A stretch of 64,000 nt of DNA from Octopus sinensis. Its lineage: Eukaryota. The DNA lies in contig NC_043003.1 in the NCBI RefSeq assembly GCF_006345805.1, positions 85,870,001-85,934,000 on the forward strand, read 5' to 3'. Below are positions 13,036 to 26,215 of this stretch, piece by piece; the stretch's first letter is position 1; every line of letters begins with the position of its first letter. The position numbers and the translations under genes are program-made. Under the pieces are notes generated by a model. That model worked only from the letters and a program-made list of their open reading frames with translations. It did not search any database and was not told the origin of the DNA.

Positions 13036-13079
<44 letters not shown>

Positions 13080-13788
13080 CATTATTATTATTATTATTTT
13101 TATTATTATTATACCGCCGGGATCGACTTTGCTTTTCTTCCTTTCGATAAATTAAGTACAATGAAACACTGGGGTCAACTTATTCCCTCTCCTAAAAAAT
13201 TTCAGACTTTGTGCCTGTAGTAGAAATGATTATTATTATTTGATAAAACACTGGTCTTACAGGTTACTCCCACTAGCTCCTTACGATTTGTGTATAAGGT
13301 TTGCCGAAGTTCACATTGACTTCTGTACTTCTGCGATCGATACAGATACTTGAGTAGCAGATAAGTACTGAGGTCAATATAATCGGTTGTTCCCTTCTCT
13401 TGCATTTAAAATGATAAGTTTTGTGAAAAATTAGTTTTGTTAGCAGAACCACCCCACCTTCGTCCGATTTTCTGGTGATCGTTAGACTACGTATATATAT
13501 ATATATAATCATCCATAAAAAGTCAGGAGCTTTGAGAGGTGAATATGTTTATTTAACCACTTGACATCCTTAGGATAATAACCGTTGCACAGCACGGAGG
13601 AAATTATGTTTATATGTTTGCATTAATATGAATGCTCGGCTTCATGCAATACAACTGCATATTTACAAATCAATGCAAATATAGAAAGCTAGCTCGTAAA
13701 ATTATCCGAATAGCATAGTTACAACAACAATTCAACGATTCAACTCAAGTATACGCACAAAAGTTTCTCTTTATATATATACAATATA

Positions 13789-14013
13789 AGGCGGCGAGCT
13801 GGCAGAAACGTTAGCACGCCGGGCGAAATGCGAAGCCGTATTTCGTCTGCCGTTACGTTCTGAGTTCAAATTCCGCCAAGGTCGACTTTACCTTTCATCC
13901 TTTCGGGGTCGATAAATTAAGTACCAGTTCACTGGGGTCAATGTAATCGACTTAATCCGTTGTCTGTCTTTGTTTGTCCCCTCTGTGTTTAGCCCCTTGT
14001 GGGTAGTAAAGAA
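13789..14013 (+). mobile_element. Full-length SINE family A (alternative tail)
   Basis: ggcggcgagctggcagaaacgttagc..gagttcaaattcc..cctttcatcctttcggggtcgataaa; TSD ttatatatatacaatata 13771-13788 / 14014-14031; same type at 53843-54075 (-). Confidence 0.9.
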
Positions 14014-15269
14014 TTATATATATACAATATATAGAAGAAGCGACTAGACAAAAATTAGCCTGGTTTGGTCAATAAAAATAAGATATATTGATTTCATGTC
14101 AATTAAAGGAGTGGATAGAAATTCAGGGAATTAATAACAACCAGGAAAAGATAAAAAGAGGAAGCAGGTAAACTAAATAAACAGTAAATGTCTTTAAAAA
14201 GTATTAAAAAAAATATATAAAGATATATTATAATGAATGGCATGAGGGGTAGAGCGCTGTAGATATAAAGATTAAACCAATAAATCATAAAGGAAAACAA
14301 AAAAAAAAACTTCAAATAGGCTTAAAATACAAAAATACTTCCTCAAAAGAAGATGGGTTTTAAATTAAAATCACATTTTTCGACCATACAACAAAATACT
14401 TTCTAGCCTTACGAACAGTAGGAAAACCAAAATCGTGCGTATATGTGTATGTATATATATACATACATGCATATATACATATATTACTGTGTGATTGACC
14501 GTTATTAAGACAAAAGAGCTATCAGAATCACCACTAAATAAGGGAAGGGGTAAAGGTATGGGAGTAAAAATGTTCATAGTAATCGCGTAAGCGCGCATGT
14601 CCAAACATATACTTGCGCGCCCGCACACACACGTACATGTGTCTATATGTATATACTCATCCACCCTCACTTGAAACAGACATGCTCACCCACACATTTG
14701 CCAAAAAATATAAAAATATACACATACCCGCATACACGCTGGTACACACACACAAAAGAGGTTCACACACATGTCTATATACGCACATGCACAAGAAAAA
14801 ACAGGGCTAAAAGCAAAATACAGAAAAAGTGTAGTGTAAAAAATAAGCAATAAGAATAAAAAGTAAAGGTGTAAACTTGCTCATGACGAACAGGCATGAA
14901 CGCATGTCCATACATACACATGCGCGTACGCACACCGACATACATGTGCCTATGTGCATATGCTCGTGCACACTCTCTTGAAACACACACATGCGCATCC
15001 TCACATTCGCCAAAAAATAATTTCTGCATACACGCACACACACGCACACACACACACACACATCCATACGCGCGCCCCAAAAATCATATACACACCTATA
15101 TACGCACAAGAAAAATGCAGTGTGGAAGGTAAAATACAGAAAAAATATGTGTAAATAATATATGAGCAATAAACCTATACAACAATATCTCTATACATAT
15201 GTAAAAATATATAAAAATATATAAGAAATATAAGTAAAGAGATAAAAAGCTTGTACGTGGACACAATAT

Positions 15270-16010
15270 AAAAAACAAGTCCTATCTGTTATCTCGGGGG
15301 ACCAAAAGCGTAACAGATATTTAGCCACATATGGACATGATCCGAAAAGTTCAGTTCTTGAACTTAGACATGTGGCGGGGTCTAAGCTGCTTTTCCAGAT
15401 AAGCCATCTTTCTATATCACAAAGACCGCACTTTCCACTGCCGTTGGTGTAGGGCTTACACTGGGCCAAGATCTTCCAATGGATGGTGTAACTAACACCA
15501 TCTTTCAAGGACCATATATGACTGCATAATTTGGTCGTTTTCCTTTTATCTCAGTGCCTGAAGCTCAAGGTGTGATTATTGAACCTGGCCTTGAAATTAC
15601 CCTCCGTAAGGTCCGCGTATTTCTTCGCCGAAATCGTGTCCTTAGTGGAAAAAGAGTCCACGGTGGCTTCATAAATGATGGTCTCCAGTTAGCGGGCACA
15701 AAGTTTTAGCGCTGCAAAAACAGCTGGTTTTATTTTGTGGTTTCTGTGTGTTGTGTGAGATTATATTTAAAAAATTAGTAGTTGAGCTGAAACTGATTTT
15801 TAAGTTATGTCTATTGAAGAGCTTTCTGTAACCATGGTTGACTGGAAAATGTCTGTCTATCAGTGCTAAGAAATACTTGCCTCTATTAAAGGTCACTTCG
15901 GGTGAGTAGGGGTGTGTGAACCAGATAGTTTTCCTATTCCTGTGCTTTCTTTTCTTTATTAATGGACTGGTGGTAGGTGTATAGGTTATTTTCCTCGCTA
16001 AATCCATTAT
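15270..16010 (-). pseudogene. Penelope-like element: RT C-terminal region + GIY-YIG endonuclease
   Basis: IWFTHPYS..GKYFLALIDRHFP..KLFNRHNLKISFS; CFC..CPL; IYEATV..KKYADLTEGNFKARFNNH; WKILAQCKPY..CGLCDIE..RTELFGSCP. Confidence 0.9.
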
Positions 16011-16029
16011 CTTTTAGAGCCCGATAACT

Positions 16030-16318
16030 GAAGAGATGGCGGCTGAGAAAGAATGTCCTCCAGAGGACAATCATGGTTTCCTTATGTCTGGTTCTGAATG
16101 TTCTCAGGATCCATCCAACCAATCGTCTGCACTTTGTCACCATCCTGGTAATGTGCACTCGGAAGGAAGTATCCTCACTCATGTCGATACCCAGGTCCCT
16201 CACTGATTTAGGGTCTGAGATTAAAATTCCCTGTGGACTAGTATACCCTGTAAGATTCATATATAGTTTTGGAGGCTAATATCGCAGGGCCTGGAATTTT
16301 TCAGCATTAAACTGCATA
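16030..16318 (-). pseudogene. CR1-like LINE RT C-terminal fragment
   Basis: MQFNAEKFQALRY..SVRDLGIDMSEDTSFRVHI..CRRLVGWILRTFRTR..LWRTF. Confidence 0.85.
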
Positions 16319-16929
16319 TATATATGATATATATATATTATATGATAAATTTTCGGTGTTATGCGCTTACATTTTGTAAGCTTTGAGAAGCTATAATTTA
16401 TTAAATGATCACTACACAGCGATGATTAGAAAAGAGCTGTGTACATTTATGTTTAGCTCATTCAAATACACACAAATGTAGAAAGAACCCCTTTGTGGTA
16501 ACTATATCCTAAGAGAATCCCTGCTTTTAGACAATGAGTGTTAATTTGAGCTTGACAAAATTTTGCTTACGCGAACAAATTTATTTATTGTTATTTACAT
16601 AGAAAGAGCAGTTGCTAGTGAAATATGAACGACAGATCCGTTATCTGTAACTGATGAAGCACAAAGGCGCAGTAAACGTGCTTGCAGTCTAATTACGCCA
16701 TTGATATATCATTTCAGTGTGTTTTCACAGTTAATGTCTATAAAGGTAATTTCTCTTTTACGACAGTTACCGTAGCGAAGATATTTCCACATTTGAGTGT
16801 ACACAAACTTGTTAAATATAAATGTACACAGATTTATTGTAATCGTCGATGATTAATAAGCATTCAATTAATTACTTTCATTTAGAAAAAACCTTGAACA
16901 CTGGAATCGGTAAAGAAATATAAATCATA

Positions 16930-17145
16930 TCGGTTTCAAATCTTGGCACAAGGCCAGCAGGATCAGGAAGGGAATAAATCGATTACATAGACCTCAGTCT
17001 TCAACTGGTACATATTTTATCGATCTTAAGACAATGAAAGGCAAAGTCAACCTCGGCAGAATTTGAACTCAGAGCGTAAGGACGGACGAAATGCTTCAAG
17101 TATTATACCCAGTGTGCTAACGATTCTACCAGCTCGTTGCCATAA
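16930..17145 (-). mobile_element. SINE family A
   Basis: atgaaaggcaaagtcaacctcggcagaatttgaactcag. Confidence 0.85.
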
Positions 17146-17914
17146 CGGAATATGTAATATTGTAGACTATATTTGTTCGATTTATTTCTCCCTTTGTACT
17201 CATTTAGATACGTTTAACAAAATTTGCTATCATTCATTATCAAGGAAACCTGGCATTCCTTTAAATTTTGAATGTAATTCTTCCGGGGTTAAGAAAACAA
17301 TGCCAATTCATTTCAGTTTGCTATAATTCTTTTCTAAGCACCGTGTGACGTTGTGTGATATTGTAAGAGGTGGTTATTTTTATCGTCATCATCACCATAG
17401 AAGGCTAGGTCTCTGTATTCGATTGTACTACGTTCTTAACAGTAATATCTATTGATTTCTTTCATTCAGTCATTTAATAGAATAGGCTTCCTAGAGGAAA
17501 GCAGGTTTTAAAACCGGAATAGCAAGACAAAATTAGTAAGAAAGTTCTATCAACCGTCTCAACCAGCTTCTGAAAATTGTTTACAGGAATTACTTAAGCT
17601 AGCTTAACAGTTCATCACCCATGCAAAGGGAAATAACCCAAAGAGATTTCAGGTCGAACCAAATCTGTGGATCGCTTCTTATTGGTGGTTGATGCCAGAT
17701 TATTTCATTTGCACTGTTGATAATATTAAAAAAAGTATGAATGTCACACCATAACTTCTCTTTCCATTTAAATCAATGACTTTGTATTATAGTGATAAAT
17801 CAATACTTGAATTCTTGTGAAATCCCCTTGCACGTAATCTCCTGTGTCAGTTTATGAGCTGATTTTGATCAACGACTGAACCCTTTTCTCTTCATTAACT
17901 TTAACAAGTATTTT

Positions 17915-19088
17915 GACTTAGGCACATGTCAGCAAATGTAAGAGGTGGGGATTAGTCTACACCATCGACCCCACTCCTTGAGTGGCATTTTATTTAATTG
18001 ACTCTGGAGAAATGAAAGGTAAAGTTGACCTCTGTGGAATTTGAATTGAAGGTGTTAAGAACAGGAACAAATAGTGCAAAGCATTTATTCATAGGCTTTA
18101 GTGGTGCAACTTTAACGATACGGATCGTTGCCCTTTCACTAACATTAATAGTTCTTTCTAATTTTGGCATAGGGCCTGCAATTATGTCGTGAATGGGTAA
18201 GTCATTTACGACCTCAGTAACTGACTGGTACTTATTTTATGGAATCCCCTTCTCCCAAGAAAAGATGAAAGCAAAGTCGACTTCGGCAAAATTTTATCTC
18301 AGAACTTAAGCAACCAGAAATGCAACTAAGCTGTTTGTTCGACGGGCTAACGATTTTGCCAGTTCCACGTCTTAAACACTAACATTAATAATTTCAAATT
18401 TTAGCAGAAAGGCAACAATTTTGACCAATTGCATCGATCCCAGTGCTCAACTGGTAAATATTTAATTGACCCCAGTGCTCAACTGGCAAATATTTAATTG
18501 ACCCCCAAAAGGATGAAAGACAGAATTGACTTCGGCAGAATTTGAACTCAAAATGTAATGAATCGGAAGAAATGCCGCGAAGCATCATGTTCGGAGGGCT
18601 GACGATTCTGCCAGATCGCCGGCTTGACACTAACAATAATGGTTTCAAATTTTTGCACAAGGCCAGCAATTTTGGAGAGGGGTAAGTCGATTTCATGGAC
18701 TCCATTACTCAAATAGTACTTATTTTATCGATCCCCGAAACAATGAAATACAAAGTCGACCTCGGCGGAATTTGAACTCTCACCGTCAAGTCAGAAAAAA
18801 GTGCTGCTAAGCATTTTGTCCGATGCGGTAACCGTTCTGCCAGATCGCCACATTATCACACTCGTTAATAATGGTTTCAAAATTTGGCACAAGGCCAGCA
18901 GGTTTGGAGGAGGGAGTAAGTTTATTACATCAACCTCAGTGTTCAACTGGTACTTATTTTATCAACCCCTAAAGGATTAAAGGCAAAGTGGACCTCGGCG
19001 GAATTTGAACTCAGAACGTCGAGTCGGACGAAATGCCGCTGAGAATTTTGCATGGCGCGGTAACGATTCTGCCAGCTCGCCACCTTAA
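17915..19088 (-). mobile_element. Head-to-tail array of five family A SINEs (~240-bp period)
   Basis: gaaag..aaagt(c/t)gac(c/t)tcgg.gaatttgaa recurs at ~18015, 18270, 18520, 18750 and 18985. Confidence 0.85.
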
Positions 19089-19914
19089 CAGCCTCATTGA
19101 TAATGTCGTTACTAATAGCAAGAACATCGCAACGGCCGCTAAAATGCCTAGGTCCATTATGTCTAGCTTAAATAAATCAATACAAGAAGTGTCTAAGAAG
19201 TTTGAACGTCAACACGGTTTAAATTTGAAGTAGAAAACAGCTTACTTCAGTTTCGCCTCTAATATCTCTGGTTTGTATATTCTATTTCATATAGAAGATC
19301 TGTGCACTATTTCAAACGTATTCATTATTCAATTATTTAATAATAATTAGATAAGATATAGTAAATAAGAAATGCTGTGAAAATAGATTTCTACAAATCC
19401 ATTTTGGAATCGCTTTGTGACTAGACATTTGAAACTGGTATTTACAGAGACTGTAAAAACCTTCTCAGAAAGTCTATTATATATTAATTGAACATTTAAT
19501 TTTGATATCCTCTGCGTATATTATTTTCTTTCATTTTAGCAATTACAAAGAAAGGTTAGGGATTTATTAGGCTAATAAGAATGAAATAAGATTAATAAGT
19601 CAATATATAGTTTAAACTCTTGAATTGTTAGGAAATATAAATAGTAATAGAGGGGGATATGGACATCTGCAATTTTGGGAAAAGAGTTGACAAACTGACA
19701 CGTGATTTTAGCACTTCTATCATGACAGACTATCACTAGAGAATTTGAAGATTATTGTGTCTTCACAGCGTAAAAGTGAAATATTTATCTTCCCTTCGAA
19801 TTTATTTGTTTGGAGGTAATTTCAACAACTGAGAAGTGAGTGCTATTACAGAGGAAAGATTGTAGCTCCACTGATAGGATTTAAAATATCTCCGTTTGAT
19901 CAGCAGTTCAAAAA

Positions 19915-20440
19915 CCTATTGATTCAGACAGCTCTATAACCAATTAACTCACACGATAAGTGTTCTGTGTGTTGACTCTAGTGACACATCTACAACTATT
20001 GACCCAGAAAACATCTCTTCAACCTGCTAACTCGGATAATAGCTCTACAAACTATTGACTCGGGTAACAATTCTATAACCTACAGACTCAGATAACACAT
20101 CTAGAACTTATTGATTCAGACAACATCTTTATACCGTGTTGACTGAAACTATGGCTTTAAAAGGTACTGACTCAGGAAACATATCTATAACCCATCAACT
20201 CTGACAACACCTCTACAACCTATTGACTCAAACATCTCTATAACCTGTTGATTCAGACAATAGCTTCACAAAGTACAGATTCAGGGAACATCTCTACACC
20301 TATAACATCAGACAACAGCTCTGTAATGTATTGGCTGAGACAACAATTCTACAAGCTATTGGCTCAGATAGCAGCTTTACAAAGTATTAACTCAGATAAC
20401 AACGATATGGTTTACTGGCGCAGGCAGCAGCTCTACAACA
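19915..20440 (+). repeat. Degenerate ~29-30-bp minisatellite (gactcagataacagctctacaacctatt-like)
   Basis: Recurring gactc/gattcag..aaca(g/t)ctcta(c/t)aac, roughly 17-18 units. Confidence 0.8.
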
Positions 20441-20754
20441 GACATGCAGTTGCCTCATGGCACTAGGAAAAGACAGCAAAATAATGTGACTTCCATAAAT
20501 GGCATTGTTGGTTTTAACATACCTACTGGCTTCCATATTTTTGTCATGTTACTGAAGTGATCCCAGTCAGTGCCTTCAGAATTTAGCCATAATATCTCTT
20601 CGGTGAATTCTAAAGGCTTCACTCCATTCTGTAAAGAAAAAATAGTGAGAAACTGAAAATAGCAAAAAAAAAAAAAGAAATTCTTAAAGCAATCCCACTT
20701 TTATTTCCCAGACTATTGACTTAGTTTCCCATTTTTAAAAACTGTAACACTGTT

Positions 20755-21143
20755 TTCTTTACTCTCTCTTTTACTCTTTTACTTGTTTCAGTCATTTGAC
20801 TGCTACCATGCTGGAGCACCGCCTTTAGTCGAGCAAATCGACCCTAGGACTTATTCTTTGTAAGCCTAGTACTTATTCTATCGGTCTTTTTTTGCCGAAC
20901 CGCTAAGTTACGGGGACATAAAGACACCAGCATTGGTTGTCAAGCGATGTTGGGGGGACAAACACACACGTACATATATGTATATACGACGGGCTTCTTT
21001 CAGTTTCTGTCAACCAAATCCCCTTACAAGGCTTTGATCGGCCCGAGGTTATAGTAGGAGACACTTGCCGAAGGTGCCACACAGTGGGACTGAACCCGGA
21101 ACCATGTGGTTGGTAAGCAAGCTACTTACCACACAGCCACTCC
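20755..21143 (-). mobile_element. Full-length SINE family C
   Basis: Reverse complement of 41783-42213. Confidence 0.9.
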
Positions 21144-21689
21144 TTAAGTTGAATATTTTTATGTTTCTTGCAAAAGCGTGTCCCTCTAATAGTCTGCAAA
21201 TTCAAATTCTTGTTAAGTTCAACTATTTGGAATTTTGTTATAAAACAACACAAATGAATTCAACATTAAATACTGTACAACAAATGTCATGAATAAAATT
21301 CTCTCAAACATGTACATAATCTTTAATTATTCTCATTTAAAGCATTTTAATAGCGGGCTCCAAAAGAATTTCCGCCAACTTGCCTGGATTATGTTCACTT
21401 CCGCTACAAATAACGGTGGTACTGTGAATAGCACAAATGTAGTTATAGGTTATATCTTCGCTGACTACTTTCCAATTAAAACAACACTACACACTCTTGG
21501 CAAATATCATCCAAATCCTTCTCCTTGTGAACTTCCAGATGCAATACCTTTCATATATACACACCAAGTGCGAAAGTACCTTTAATCGCTTCAAACAAAC
21601 CAGACCACCTACCCTGATAATATCTTTTCTATTACTCTGAAATTTTGCGCCTTAGGGCTAACTCTTTTATTTTTCAGCTTTTCCCTCTC

Positions 21690-22260
21690 TACGAGGTTCT
21701 AACCTGATATCTGGAAGCATACTATAGTGCGTTCCATTTCTAAGAAAGACAAACCCTCTGACACTGATAACTATCACCCTACTGCATCTATCGCACTCAC
21801 TCAATACATCGAAAGCGACAGAGATAGCCATTAGCAATAACGTCCTCCAACACATTGAATACTCTCTCCCCTTAACGACCAAAGTACAGTTTCTTTTAAG
21901 CCAGATCTACTGACTTATGTCACCACCAGTGGAGCAATTAGATGAATGCCATTTTACCCTCGACGTCATCAAATTTTTCGCTTGTGACTGGTATGCAAAC
22001 GTCCAATCGAAACTATCCGCCTACGAGTTCCACCCGGCTCTCATCTCTTAAATCGGCAGCGTCCTATAAAATTGCACTCTCACGGCATGTGTTAACGGAT
22101 TTCTTTCTTGCCCTCACTCTATCACTTCCAGCATTCTTCAGGAGTCAGGTTTGCCTACCATTCTGTTTATCTTATATATCAGTAACTTACGTATCATCAC
22201 ATCCCAAAACACCCGTTTTGCACCGACAACAATACCATTAGTTCTTCCCTTGCTTTCCGA
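21690..22260 (+). pseudogene. CR1/Jockey-like LINE RT N-terminal relic
   Basis: PDIWKHTIVRSISKKDKPSDTDNYHP..IALT..ARST resembles WKxAxVxPIPKK..NYRPISL..GRST. Confidence 0.7.
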
Positions 22261-22888
22261 ATTCTGCATCATTCACTCAAAAGGTATACACCGCATACCA
22301 AACCCATAGGCTACATCCTCGGATGTTAGTACATACTAACATCCGAGGCTACATCCGAACCCAATTAACTGGTATCAATTCAGAACCAGTCACCCTCTAG
22401 GTACATTATCTCCTTCCTCTGTTTTTTGACTACTCTTATAATGACCCCTGCTCTTCAGAGCTGGTTAGACATAGGCTATACCCTTGTGGTATTTACGGCC
22501 TGTTCGTCTCCTCTGTTATCAACTTTCTTGTATTTTAACTTACTAATCTCAGTACTTATCACTATGTTAAGAACTTTCTTTTCCTTGAACATCGATATTC
22601 TGAACATCCCTTCATGCTCAAGCCTTTTTCTAAAGTGTTAACTAGCTATGGATCGAAAAGGATATTAATGCTATCACTCCGGAAGGCCTGTGAAGGCATT
22701 GCGCATTCTCTCTAACTGCTGACTCGTCAAGTAAAAAAAATATCGTTCTATATTTGTAACGTTTGTAACATTTAAAATTATAAATCGATATAATTGTTGC
22801 GGCTGGGATAATATATGATATGAAATTACATTTTGCTTCTGTGGTTTTAAATCGTTAACTTATACCAGAGTTTACATTTAGCAATATA

Positions 22889-23192
22889 CAGGCACAGACA
22901 TGGCCGTGTGGTAAGAAACTTGCTTTCCAAGCAAATGGTTCCGGGTTCAGTAACACTGCGTGGCACATTGGGCAAGTGTCTTCTTCTGAAGCCCCTGGCC
23001 TACCAAAGCCTTGTGAGTGGATTCGGTAGACGGAAACTAAAAGTAGTGGTTCGGCAAAAAAGACCGATAGAATAAAAATACTAGGCTTATAAAAATAAAT
23101 ACTAGGGTCTAACTATTCGACTTAAAATTCTTCAAGGTGGTACCCCAACATGGCCGCAGTCTAATGACTGAACCAAGTAGAAGATAAAAGAT
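22889..23192 (+). mobile_element. SINE family C, internally deleted
   Basis: ggccgtgtggtaagaa..ggttccgggttcag..ttgggcaagtgtcttc. Confidence 0.85.
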
Positions 23193-23599
23193 ATATAAGA
23201 TACCATATTTGTTCTAATTTTATTTATATATTTGTAACTAGCACTTTCGGTACAATTACGATTAGAGCACAAAGAAGATAATTTGTTAGGAAATTAGGGA
23301 TTGAGGCTTAGTAATTGAGTGTTAAGGAAAATTATTAGATCCGATATTTTCTTAACTTATACTATGATGAAAATAAATCAGACTCCAAACATGAAAAACC
23401 AAAAAAAAAAAAAAATGAATCAGTGTAAACTCGGAATTTATCTAAAACTGTTAATCTAAAGAGTGTTTCTTAAAGTGAATGGTACCGTTCTATTTTGGGC
23501 GATGAGGGAGATTTTGTACTGCCTTCTTTAGTCTTTGTATTCTATCTAAATATTAAGTTTAGGGATTTTTTTAAAAATGTAATATGATAAACTGCTTTG

Positions 23600-23801
23600 A
23601 GGCGGCGAGCTGGCAGAATCGTTTGCACGCCGGTCGAAATGCTTAGCGCCATTTCGTTCGTCTTCGTGTTCTGAGTTCAAATTCTGTTGAGGTCGACTTC
23701 ATCTTTCATCCGCTCAGGATTGATAAAAGGAGCACGGGGGTCGATGTAATCGCCTTACTTCCTGCCCCCAAATTGCTGGCGTTGGGCCAAAATTTGAAAC
23801 C
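23600..23801 (+). mobile_element. SINE family A
   Basis: ggcggcgagctggcagaatcg; flanked by the direct repeat aatatgataaa. Confidence 0.85.
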
Positions 23802-24996
23802 AATATGATAAAACGCTTTCAAATCGCGAAAAGAGTGAAGTGATGTGATCGCAGAATACTAGAAACAGAAGTTCCGCTGGGATGAATAACAAGGCTCACA
23901 GCCAACAAGTATAAATGTGTGGTCGTCAAGTGTTATCCGAGAGATCGGAGTTGATCATTCAGAAGACTTCTAAGGCAATGAGAAAACGACACAGCGAAAC
24001 AAACTGAGCTCAAATTGAAGAGTAGGGAGTAATTAAAAGAAGAATGGCTGTGGATTATCACAACAACAAAACAATACCAACGATAATATCAAAAAATAAT
24101 AGACCTAGAAATGTGAAAAAATAAACAAATCCGAATATATACGACCTCTACTCACTTTTAGTAGGATTGCGCTGCGGTAAGTAGTCACCTATATCAAACT
24201 AGTAACCGGAAATGGATTACTCTGGATTAATTTAACGCGTATGTACGATAAAGATGAGATGAGATGTTGAATTGTAGCCAAAGTATTTTGAAGAAGTGTT
24301 AGGAAAAGGGAAAAAGTGAAAGAAGTGAAAATTGTTTCAGAAACACTAATCTAAATAAGACTTGTGACAACATAATTACACTGCTGCATCGAATATGTGT
24401 CTCCAATGATTAATTTCAAAACAGGCCAAAAGAGACGACCTAAATGTCAAGAGTTGAAAGAATATGGTAGTAGTCAGCATTATTGCGTGATACAGGAACT
24501 AATGGGAAATCTTTACTTTTAGAAATTGATAAGAATGAAGGTGAATGCTCGCAGATATGTAAGGAGGTAATTATTTCTCTAATAATCGTTAGATTATTTA
24601 TACATTAGTTGAGTCATTTGCACATATGACAGCTTTCACACACTATTAACAACTTAAGTTCTCTGTAATTAATAATATCATAACGTGATGAATAATTCAC
24701 ATTATAAAATGAACACGCATGCGCGCACGTGTACATTTGTATATGCGTATTTATAAGATAGTATAAGTTTACTTCGTGGTTTATACCTAATTAATTGTAA
24801 AAAATCGCATACAATTTAAAGTTATACAAGGAATTGATTTCAATACGTGCATGTTATTCCCACACTCACATGTACATAGATGTGTGCGTATGTATGAGTA
24901 TATGTATGTGTGCGAGTTTGTATGTATATCTCCGTTATATACTGAGAGCTTTTCTTCACGTATATCTATAGAGAATACACAGATCTGTATATATAT

Positions 24997-25074
<78 letters not shown>

Positions 25075-25145
25075 TGTGTGTGTGTACACATATACATATA
25101 TATATGTTTACGTATATTTATATATATGTATGTATGTATATATAT

Positions 25146-25206
<61 letters not shown>

Positions 25207-25699
25207 CTTTATATTATTATGAGTATAATCATAATTAGGGTTCAGCAAAAAAATTTGCCTTGCCACATACCGAACTTTTAGAAATAGCAACCAAAGAAAT
25301 TAACTATTTCTTCTACTATAAGAAGAATCTCCCAGACAATGTATACTCGAAAAACAATTCACGTCGGCATAGAGGAAAAAATAACGAAAATTCACCCGGC
25401 ATATGATTACTTGTGGACGCGTTTCTGAGTTAGTGGGAAGAAATCCAAGACAGTCTTGCATTCCATTTCCTCCTACAGTCGGGAATTCCAAAGATAGTGG
25501 CATTTCCACTCTTTTGAGAGCTTCAAGATTTCATCGTCACTCTAGCAGGATGACTGATGAGTGCTATGCTTTGCCATAGGGCAACCTAGGATTTTGTCCG
25601 AGATTGCTTATTTACAGGCCAGTCACCTTTCCGTAAATGGGGGACTCGATGCATGGGAGTTATCGTGACCACACAACTTTCTATACACACACACGCATT

Positions 25700-26215
25700 A
25701 TCTTTTACTTGTTTCAGAAATTAGGTGCTGCCAACATGGGAGTACCGTGTTGAAGAGGTTTTAGTACTTTTTTTAAAGTCTGGTATTTAGTCAATCGGAA
25801 TCTTTTGCCGAACCTTTAAGTTACGGGGACGTAAACAAACCAACACCGGTTGTCAAGCGGTGGTGAAATGGGCACCACGGTCATCAGATTCAACTCTCAT
25901 GGTCTTTTTCTTTTGGGGCTGCATTAAATCCCAATGGGTATTCAGAAAAGATTCTAGAACAAGGACATCCTCAAAGAATTGTTGAAGCGTGTGAACAAGT
26001 CAGCGGCAATGAAGAGTTATTTGAGAAGGTTCATCGCACAAAGACACACACGCACACACACCCCCACACGATAAGCTATTTTCAGTTTCCGTCTACGAAA
26101 TCCACTCACGAGACTTTGGTCTACCAGAGGCTAAGCTATAGTAGAAGTCATTTGCCCTAAGGTGCTATGCAGCTGGTCTGACGCCGGAACAGTGTGGTTG
26201 GGAAACAAGCTTTCA
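25700..26215 (-). mobile_element. SINE family C interrupted by a Tc1/mariner transposase fragment (25865-26037, + strand)
   Basis: Insert reads WAPRSSD..FFFWGCIKSQ..QRIVEACEQV, resembling WPPRSPDLTPxDFFLWG. Confidence 0.7.
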
